From positions 290,509 to 354,508 of the forward strand of contig JAKLFA010000003.1 of the NCBI GenBank assembly GCA_022711395.1: a stretch of 64,000 nucleotides of DNA. Reading direction: 5' to 3'. Origin of the DNA: Candidatus Omnitrophota bacterium (GTDB lineage Bacteria > Omnitrophota > Gorgyraeia > Zapsychrales > JANLHA01). Shown here in pieces: positions 20,401-27,700 of the stretch. The position numbers and the translations under genes are program-made. The notes under the pieces are model-generated. The model was not told the origin of the DNA and ran no database searches. It was given only the letters and a program-made list of their open reading frames with translations. Position 1 is the stretch's first letter, and every line of letters begins with the position of its first letter.

Positions 20401-21889
20401 CGAATGTCCGGACGCTCCCGGTTATATCGCGCCTGACGGGCAGTATACCGCGCTGATCCAGTCTTTGACGAATCTTTGCCCGACGGCGACCTTTGTTCCG
20501 ACAACCCAGACCTGCCATGATGGAAGCACGTTGCTGGTGGACTGCACGACCCCTCAGACCCAGATCGATTCCTGCATGAGGCATCTTTTAAACTCTTGCC
20601 AGTGGATCGTGCCGGGACAGACCTCGCCATTTTATAACAATTTGATCGCTACAACGGATTGCGCGCAAGCCATTGGCGCCAACCCGGAGACGCCCTACCG
20701 GCAATGGTTAAAGGCCAATATCATGGTCGCGGATCCTTTTGTGAATAAACTTACTATGCGGAAAAACAGCCTGTCTTTGCGGAGGCTGCAGATGATCGAG
20801 GCCAGAGATAAATTTAATGAGGCTTACAATCGGATCACGGAGTTCCTTGATAATGGGACGCCTTTTGACACCCCCGCGGCGGATATCGCCCCGACCAATT
20901 GTCAGGCTGATCTGGGGGCCGGTTATCAGTTGTCGCTGTCCCCGACCCCGGCCGGGTATGCGCGGTCAAATTCTTTGTATACCAGCACAGTGGCTCCCTG
21001 CGCGCCGAGGTTTCCGTATAACCCGACGCAGACCATAACATATCATGACGCAAGCTTCACGGGCACGAATCAGGATTCTCCATCTGAGATGCTGATCGAC
21101 GCGCAGGAAGCAGAGAAGACCTCTGACGCGCTTGCGGCCTTCGCGATCTATGTCTGGCGGGGAAATCCGGATGATGACCCTGATTGGTCCGATGGGGCGA
21201 ATGTTCAGAATGACGGCCTTCTGCATGCCGTCAAAGTCGAGGCTAGGATCCCCCGGCGATGCATGGGGCTGTGTGATTACGCCGGAACAGGGCCGATGGA
21301 TTGGCCCAAGATCGAAACATACACCACGGGGTTTTTGGGGAGCACGCGCTGTTATGAATTGCGGAATCATTTTGGGATGACCAAGGCGCGCGTCATACGG
21401 TTTGATCAATCACCGAACATCTCGAAATTCAAGCTGTTTAACAAGATCCCGTTTTCTCTGCCGAACTTCTCGCATCCGGCGGTGGTCCATGGGCAGAACA
21501 TAACAGGCGGCGATATTTTTGATAAATGCGCGATGCATATTGATCCGCTGATCGAGGATTTGATCGCCCGGAACAGTCCGCCAAAGGTGCCGGCTGTGCC
21601 CATTTATTTGAGGCAGGGCTTCATGATCAATTGGCAACCGAAGTATATATTGACAGATCCGCCGGCAGGACCGCAGTATGAGCAGGACAGAAAAGAAAAA
21701 GCCTGCTGGGAAGCTGTCCATGAGATCTTGCGATACGGCGTGCAGAGCGCCAGCTGCGCGAACTATTACTGGGGCGGCTCAGGCGGGGCCCTTTACGGGA
21801 ACCAGGGCATGCGGGTGAAGTTCACGTCGTGCAATCAAACGTTCATTGAGTCGGGAGACATGGTCGCCCCACACAATATTCCCGAATAA
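17465..21889 (+). CDS. 1474-aa cysteine-rich pilus-associated protein (TadG/tip-adhesin-like?)
   Basis: GTG start (an alternative ATG lies at 17489). N-terminal hydrophobic segment GQIGIILILLAAFGLLFYAITL. A poly-Cys patch (CNPCCFPVAAACCGSCSGDTRC...PPCCAVAAC) sits at about 18340-18560. The gene is embedded between pseudopilins and flp/tadBC. Confidence 0.7.
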   Translation: MIRFLRETMFHSIRKASFRQGASSLRSQSGQIGIILILLAAFGLLFYAITLNFNRASDLKTRTLMAAEASSALTASYLAGTAEKLSQEHLKGEAGYCDSSSWLEAVFKIILLSIVIVIAIIINIIPGVGSLVSALLWAVVVGAILAIVFTTISIILQITVVQPGITSMWNEMMAKTFKEIEDQVIEQGIQIAIQKLVDDPIELPDTLDFDNDGVYVVVNGGEIQDDEIVDSYARFAHYNTRRLQGVVGTPSYYVDEFLARLEDLVYLIPGGPSPTAPDLWGFVDGQTFIPPIGTCTNDASVCNPCCFPVAAACCGSCSGDTRCTAGLPPADVPPCCAVAACTTEADQATCATSRPSYCGAEYPAKCYQRSFLYEDGDANDTTIEASRGLPFIFDPFYEGAVNNTMHAAGGAVRMISFREWVGRDDVSDAYYVDPEPNDSVRWHSLHAAAIADNRQKIEDGVATAALAFTNRFVLSLQDRFRAQDASGFYISRGDDQVGVFPLFYRMRDQLEFPTSFPGAHHLGCLWWNIADQACNYRTLFRPVDQFTLPYLITAVIQYGGQTLTDSLGTPLRYADYAGEHAFIDMGFYNAPDRVRKGAINRLFAADAVCAEVAARPTVTMAAVSASQNARTNINFPGIKQGADFYCSANYPYDVGCLKHGTGGCTRTLWFERINDATGAKEMYSQVFPVDCACGEAGSAPADKWPDDFLDAFHKKITELKLLTAELSGLKMRGLLVSTFSDWYLKIADWIEPAYNKAACTANSASVACKETVTRKERWGYLWSFREHFREIALILNDWLNDRDEAGATMSYQAANCFDAWCLPNPGCTMLSAEERLGYDNNGDNLYNANDNGLTAVIKCMDWASTAVTNDLTYSAAVPPPRNNNPQLLKDASGNNYVGIKGKYQACLENCGTQYCDDLPRPFVPSYEVDKSITAGADWRILSTPTIPAAAGDAVYLGTYKKCLRSLTVAQCTANTAAIDECPDAPGYIAPDGQYTALIQSLTNLCPTATFVPTTQTCHDGSTLLVDCTTPQTQIDSCMRHLLNSCQWIVPGQTSPFYNNLIATTDCAQAIGANPETPYRQWLKANIMVADPFVNKLTMRKNSLSLRRLQMIEARDKFNEAYNRITEFLDNGTPFDTPAADIAPTNCQADLGAGYQLSLSPTPAGYARSNSLYTSTVAPCAPRFPYNPTQTITYHDASFTGTNQDSPSEMLIDAQEAEKTSDALAAFAIYVWRGNPDDDPDWSDGANVQNDGLLHAVKVEARIPRRCMGLCDYAGTGPMDWPKIETYTTGFLGSTRCYELRNHFGMTKARVIRFDQSPNISKFKLFNKIPFSLPNFSHPAVVHGQNITGGDIFDKCAMHIDPLIEDLIARNSPPKVPAVPIYLRQGFMINWQPKYILTDPPAGPQYEQDRKEKACWEAVHEILRYGVQSASCANYYWGGSGGALYGNQGMRVKFTSCNQTFIESGDMVAPHNIPE

Positions 21890-21930
21890 AAAATTAAAAG
21901 ACCGGCCTTGTCATTACAGGCGGAGTTGTT

Positions 21931-22308
21931 ATGATGATATGGAGAAAAAAAAGAAGTCGGCGCGGCACGACCGCCATTGAATACGCGGCTTTGGTCACGA
22001 TGCTGCTGTTCGCGTTTTGGATCGGGCTGCGGGGGTATATCCAGCGGGGCATGCAGGGCCGCTGGAAAGCCGCAGGCGACACTTTCGGACAGGGCAAGCA
22101 GTATGAGCCGTTGGGAACAAACGCCGTCGGCAGGACCAGTGAATGTTTTTATTCGGACCTGATCAATCCATCGACCGGGGTCCGCGTTCGTGAATGGGTC
22201 GACCTGACGTGTTTTGAAACAAACTGCAATTGCACGCTGGAAAGCGACGCCAGCACATATTCTACCGTCTGTATACAATGTTTGAGGAACTGTGACTGCG
22301 TGTTTTAA
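21931..22308 (+). CDS. Flp-like pilin paralog 8 with an 8-Cys C-terminal module
   Basis: RRG|TTAIEYAALVTMLLFAFWIGL, then QRGMQGRWKAAGDTFGQGKQYE, then C..C.NCNC...C.QC..NCDC. Confidence 0.6.
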   Translation: MMIWRKKRSRRGTTAIEYAALVTMLLFAFWIGLRGYIQRGMQGRWKAAGDTFGQGKQYEPLGTNAVGRTSECFYSDLINPSTGVRVREWVDLTCFETNCNCTLESDASTYSTVCIQCLRNCDCVF

Positions 22309-22341
22309 GGCAGGGTTCGACTTCAGGGGGAAAGTCAAGTC

Positions 22342-23199
22342 ATGTTCGTTCTCGCGTTATTTTTCTTTTTTACAACCTGCGTGATCGTTGGGTATTGGAT
22401 CCTGCCGTCAGCGTATCGTCAAACAGTCGCTTTAAATCAAAAAAGGGCCCATCAGCTTTCTTCTAAACTGGAGAGGGTCATTCCCCGGGCCCAGATCCGT
22501 CAAGTGGTCCAGATGTATCTGCTCGCCCCGCTTCTTCTGGGCGGGCTTTTCTTTGTTTTCTTTCCGCAAAAAATGCAGGTTTACGGTGCCGTGGCGGGGG
22601 TCGTGCTCGGTTTTATTTTTCCGTCGATCTACACGCGATTTTTGATCGCGTCCAATAAAAAGAAATTTTCTGATCAGCTGATCGATGTGCTGATGATCAT
22701 GTCCAGCTCGTTCCGCGGGGGGTTAAGCTTGATGCAGTCGATGGAGGCGGTCACGGAGGAGATGAGCGACCCCGCCAATCAGGAGTTCTCCACTGTCCTG
22801 GGGGAAAATAAAATGGGCGTTTCGTTGGAAGAATCGCTGGAACATTTATACAATCGTCAACCGTCGTCGTCGTTGCAGCAGATGATCACGGCGATCCTTC
22901 TGGCCAGAGAGACCGGCGGTAACCTGCCGGCCATTTTTCAGCGTATCGTTGAGGTCATCCGCCAGCGGAAGCGGATCCAGGGGCAGATCGACACTCTGAC
23001 CCTTCAGGGAAAGATCCAGGGCGTGGTCATGGCGGCGTTGCCGATCGTCTTTTTCGGGTGGGTTTCAGGGATCAATCCGGACCATTTTAAGATCATGTAT
23101 GACACGCCGGTTGGAAGGAACCTGCTGGTCGCCTCGTTTCTGCTCGAAGTGGTCGGGGCGTATATGATATGGCAGATCAGTTCATTGAAGGATTTTTAA
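22342..23199 (+). CDS. tadB: Flp pilus assembly inner-membrane protein TadB (T2SSF domain)
   Basis: 285 aa. TM helices and a GspF-like domain (LIDVLMIMSSSFRGGLSLMQSMEAV...LQQMITAILLARETGGNL). Confidence 0.8.
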   Translation: MFVLALFFFFTTCVIVGYWILPSAYRQTVALNQKRAHQLSSKLERVIPRAQIRQVVQMYLLAPLLLGGLFFVFFPQKMQVYGAVAGVVLGFIFPSIYTRFLIASNKKKFSDQLIDVLMIMSSSFRGGLSLMQSMEAVTEEMSDPANQEFSTVLGENKMGVSLEESLEHLYNRQPSSSLQQMITAILLARETGGNLPAIFQRIVEVIRQRKRIQGQIDTLTLQGKIQGVVMAALPIVFFGWVSGINPDHFKIMYDTPVGRNLLVASFLLEVVGAYMIWQISSLKDF

Positions 23200-23217
23200 G
23201 AATCAAAAAGGAGCGGT

Positions 23218-24099
23218 ATGTTTTTTATCGCGGTCTTATTATGGTTTTTGTGCGCCTTTAGTTTTGTCCTGGGGCTGTTCCCCTTGGAAATGGAGGCCCG
23301 TCCGACATTGCAGGCCTTCGGTTATGAACTGCGTCCGACGAAGAAAAGAAAAAATCCTCTGGCGATCGTCCGGTCGGTTGCGATGTTCAACAGACCCTTC
23401 GTCGGTTCCGGGCAGTTGCGCGAAAAGATCCTGCGCGAACTTTCGATGGCGCATGTCAATTTAACGCCTGAGGAATTCTGGCTGTTCAAAGAGATCTCGA
23501 TCGTCGCGATGCTTATCTTTACGTATCCTTTGGTCGAGCCTGATTATATGGTCATCTGGCTTCTTTTGTGCGTGTTTTTTGGATACATGCTTCCGGAATA
23601 CTGGCTGCGCGGAAAGATCAAAAAGGTCAAGGGGATCATCATGAAAGAACTTCCCGACGCTGTTGATCTTTTGGGGCTGTGCGTCAACGCGGGGCTGGAT
23701 TTTATGCTGGCGCTGAAGTGGGTCGTTGAAAAGTCTCCGCCTTCGGTCATGGTCAGCGAGCTTAATATTTTGCTTCAGGAGATCAACGTTGGGAAGACCC
23801 GACGAGATGCTTTAAAGGCCCTTTCAGCCAAATATGATCTTGCGGACCTTGCGACCTTTACGCGGACCCTGATCCAGGCCGACAAGATGGGGACATCGGT
23901 CTCAGAAGCCTTGACCATCCTTTCAGAAGACATGCGTCTTGCCCGGTATCGACGGGGTGAGCAGCTTGCCATGAAGGCGCCTATGAAGCTTCTGGTGCCT
24001 CTTTTGTTCTTTATTTTCCCGGTTGTTGGTATCCTGGTCGGCGGACCGATCTTTATTCAGTTCATGACAGAAAACCCCATGAGCCGCATGACAGGATAG
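23218..24099 (+). CDS. tadC: Flp pilus assembly inner-membrane protein TadC (T2SSF domain)
   Basis: 293 aa. GspF-like domain (LPDAVDLLGLCVNAGLDFMLALKWV...TLIQADKMGTSVSEAL). Confidence 0.8.
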   Translation: MFFIAVLLWFLCAFSFVLGLFPLEMEARPTLQAFGYELRPTKKRKNPLAIVRSVAMFNRPFVGSGQLREKILRELSMAHVNLTPEEFWLFKEISIVAMLIFTYPLVEPDYMVIWLLLCVFFGYMLPEYWLRGKIKKVKGIIMKELPDAVDLLGLCVNAGLDFMLALKWVVEKSPPSVMVSELNILLQEINVGKTRRDALKALSAKYDLADLATFTRTLIQADKMGTSVSEALTILSEDMRLARYRRGEQLAMKAPMKLLVPLLFFIFPVVGILVGGPIFIQFMTENPMSRMTG

Positions 24100-24278
24100 T
24101 CTTTGAAGGATTTTCGGTGTTTTTGTATAGGCTGTTTCTGTTCTCCAAAATGACCCCGCTCAAATCAATGGCAGATGTCTCTATTTTTTGCTTGGCGAAA
24201 AATGGACAGCCTTTTTCTACCTATTTTTTGCTTAAGAGATATCAAATTTATAGTAAATTGCATGGCGTTTTTTTGTTT

Positions 24279-24338
24279 AATGTCCAGGCAGATTTTTAAT
24301 GTCCAATCAGAAAAGTTAAAAAAATAAAATGTCCAGTC
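24279..24338. promoter_or_regulatory. three direct AATGTCCA repeats (at 24279, 24298, 24328) in the AT-rich region upstream of the giant gene
   Basis: ttaatgtccagg, ttaatgtccaat, aaaatgtccagt. Further copies lie in the opposite orientation at 24491-97, 24570-76, 24659-65 and 24695-701. Confidence 0.5.
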
Positions 24339-24481
24339 AAAAGCATAAAGTTTCCGACGGGAAAAGGCATTATTATATATAAGAAACAATTTATTTTCGT
24401 TCGAGAAAATAGTTTTCAAAAAACGCCTAACTTGTTCTAAATAAAGCATTTCATTGATAAAAAAATTTTTGAAAAAATTTG

Positions 24482-24508
24482 TTGACACTATGGACAGGTG
24501 TTATACTT
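24482..24508 (+). promoter_or_regulatory. sigma70-like promoter (TTGACA-15-TATACT) with an overlapping inverted repeat ggtgtt...aacacc
   Basis: ttgaca at 24482-87 and tatact at 24503-08. The palindrome ggtgtt-N8-aacacc spans the -10. A GGAGG motif follows at about 24522. Confidence 0.45.
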
Positions 24509-24593
24509 GAAACACCTAGCCCGGAGGAAAGTGAGTTAAATTTAAGAAACCGCTTTACCTGAAAACATTTTGGACAATTCTTTAATTCTTCAA

Positions 24594-24622
24594 TGACCGC
24601 CTTTCGGCGGTTTTCTTGTTTA
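24594..24622 (+). terminator. terminator/attenuator-like hairpin in the leader of the giant gene
   Basis: accgcc-tttc-ggcggt followed by TTTCTTGTTT. It lies about 90 nt downstream of the promoter and about 85 nt upstream of the likely start codon. Confidence 0.4.
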
Positions 24623-24705
24623 TACAGAACCTTCCGGCTAGCAAACTAACGTACAATCTGGACATAAAAAAGACCCTTTTTATGGACGACAGACTGGACA
24701 TAAAT

Positions 24706-27700
24706 ATGCAGGCCATTCGTGTCTCTGATGCTCAAAGCTCTGAGAACGAGGGAGTCTCTATATCTAATAATGTCCAGAATACATATGGCACGGAGCCTGA
24801 AAAAGCCTTCAAAAGCCGTTTTAAAGGCTGGCTTCGTTTAGTTGCCGCGATCGTTGTTTTTGTCTTTCTTCCGGAGCAGATCAGCTGGGCCATGAACTAC
24901 AATCCGGCGGTCCTCTGGAGCGCTCAGCCGATCTCCATGACCGGCATGCCGATCGCCTCGCAGGCACCGGCGCTGGAGCTTCAGCTGCCGCAGCGGGAAG
25001 CGGCAGAAATGCTGGCGACCAATGTCCAGAGCCTTTTAAGCCGCGCCGCTATGGAAGGCAACCGCAATCTGGATATCCAGATCGCCTCTCCGAACCAAAA
25101 AGAATTCCGTGACATTGACGGTTTGCGTATTTCGGCCAAAACGTCTTTAAGCCCCGAAAAGATCCAGGAAGTCGCTCAATGGCTTCGCAAGCCTGGCATC
25201 CATCCGTTGAACTGCGGCGTTTTCGCCCTTCATGATTTCTTGAAATTAAGCAAAATGCCGATCTCCCTGGAACAGGCGGCTCTTTCGACCCTGTCGGTCG
25301 ACCTTCTTACAGACATTGTCAAGCCCGGAGACCCGACGCTTAAAACGTCCCTTTACGCGATCGATAAGGTCATCTCGCTCTATCAGCTCGATCACGCGGT
25401 CATTAAACTGGAACCGCAAGATATCCTAAAATTGAATGTTCCGTTCATCGCCAATTTCGGACAAGAACACTTTGTGACCGTCACGGCGATCGATGACAAA
25501 GGTGTCCACGTTCAGGACACCGGCGTTGAGCGGATCATGTCTCAGGAAGACTTCTTAAAAGACCTGAGCGGATATGTCTTGATCTTAAAGAAGAATATCC
25601 CGATCTCTGTTTCTTACCAAAATGTTGATGATGTCGAAAAAGCTTTCGTCTGGGGCGACCGCTGGGTCGATCAGTCGGATGAATTGCCCGGTCTTTTGGG
25701 CGATGTCGGCGAAGCCTGGGCGCGCGCGGGGACGGACGTTGCTATCACGGTCGTTATATCGATCGTCACCTGGGGTTTCGGGACATGGTTAAACAGCCTT
25801 GCTGAGGCTGGAAAGATCGCCGGCATGCTGGCCAAGCTCGCCAGCGAGCTGGCCAAAATGGGCACGATCATTGCGGGCATCGCCGCGATCGGTATCGGTG
25901 AACTTGTTAATACCATTAATCAGATCGCGATCATGAACGGCTGGTGGGACGAGGATGTGGGCTTCGTCATGGGCATTGTCCTTTCTACGGCGCTGTCCGT
26001 CGGCTGCGGTATGCTGACGTCGGGCTTTGCCGGAGCTCTGGATTCTTCGGTCAAGGCCGGGACGAACGGGTTGACTGGCGCGGCGCTGGGCGGGGCTGCG
26101 TTCCGGGGATTGGGGACCGGGATCGGCAACGTGCCGGTGGTTTTTGCCCAACGAATGGCGCAGTCGCTGATCGTTGCTTTTCCAAAGGCTTATCTTGCTA
26201 GAGAATTAGATAAAATTATAGACATTGATGATCCTATTTTAAAACAGGCCGCGGTCGGCTTTCTTTCAAGCCTGGGAACACAGATCGGCCTGATGGGACT
26301 TTCGTTTAGTTTAGACCAGGTTGGTTTAGATTCTGTTAATTCATTCTTAGATCTAAAGGCTCCTGAATCTTTGGGAGAATTTTTAAAAGAAGCGGGTCTT
26401 TCGATTGGCCGAGGACTTGTTGGGAATGCGGCAAGCATCGGCTTGCGGTATTTATTTTTAGAAATCGATGATGAAACATTTGCGGCCGACACTCTTGTGT
26501 CCCAGGCTATTGGTCAGGTGGGACAAACCTTTGGAAACCTTTTATTTGATATTGTCAGTTCAGGATCCTTGCCGCAAATTTTAAGAGGGGATGTTAAGAA
26601 AGGAAATTTTGTAGGTGATGACGAGGTTGTTTCTGCCGGACTGTTTGCGCGAGATTCAAACGGCGATTTACAAGAAGCTTATAAGGATGATAAAAACAAT
26701 TATTACATTTTAGGAGAGAACGACCAGAAACAGCTTGTAGGAATAGATAAAATTGTTACCCGCGGGATCGGAGATTCGGGAGTTGTTGAAAGACCTGGAG
26801 ATCAGCTCGAAAGCTTCAGAGGCATAACAATAGATGGTTCTAATTATGCTATACGCAAGAGAGACGGACAGCTGGTCGATGCCAACGACCAAAGGAGCCG
26901 GTATTTTATATTAGATAAACAAGGCCGGCCGGCTTTTCTTAATGTTGACAGCGACGGAAAGGTCACGATCCCTACAGAAAGTTTTGCGCAACTTAAAGCA
27001 AAAGGATTAGATCCCGAAGGAAACTATTCTCTTAAGGAAGACGCTTTAGAAGGGGGATTGCCGCAGCTTCATTTGATGCAGAGGCAGGCCCTATCCTCCA
27101 GATTGCTGGCGGAAGCTGTGCAGGGATTGGTAGGCGTAGCGATCGCCTTTGGAATGGATCGGCTGGAAGATGCGGTGATTGATGAAGATGATGAAGGGCA
27201 AAAAGATAAATACCAGACCCTTGGTTTACGTTTGGTCGGATTTTTGGGAACATTGGTGCTGGCAGAAGGAGCTTCCGCGCTAGGCCGTTCCAGCGGCAGC
27301 GCAGACGGCGCCAGTTTGGAAGGCGGGAGCGTTTTGAGTGCTTTCGGGGACACTTTTTATAGAGGGGGAGCGACCTTTGCTTTACAGCTTGGCAATAATT
27401 TCTTAAGGGCAAACGGCACCATGCCGAGCGGATGGGAGTATGGAAAAGGAAGCTTTGATTCTATTGAACAAATGGTCCGTTTTTATGAGCAGGCCGGCGA
27501 GCGTGCGGGTTGGGGAATGGATTCTATTTCTAAAATCCGCGGTCTGCGTAAACAGCTTGATGAAAACGAAGATCTGACGGATGAACAAAAACATTATTAT
27601 TTCTTTATGGGAGTTTCGAACATAACCAAAAAGGCGAAAGATGAATGGGCCATTGATCAGGTCAATACCAACCTTGCCGGAGGTTTTGTCAACAATGACA

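Noticed and set aside
24117-24299. 60-aa ORF in the AT-rich intergenic region after tadC
   Set aside because: It has low complexity, no SD, and sits in a region better explained as regulatory DNA with repeated AATGTCCA motifs.
24592-24705. Earlier in-frame ATG at 24592 as the start of the giant gene
   Set aside because: It overlaps the terminator-like hairpin and has no SD. The ATGs at 24682 and 24706 are more plausible, but the true start is unresolved. None has a strong SD.
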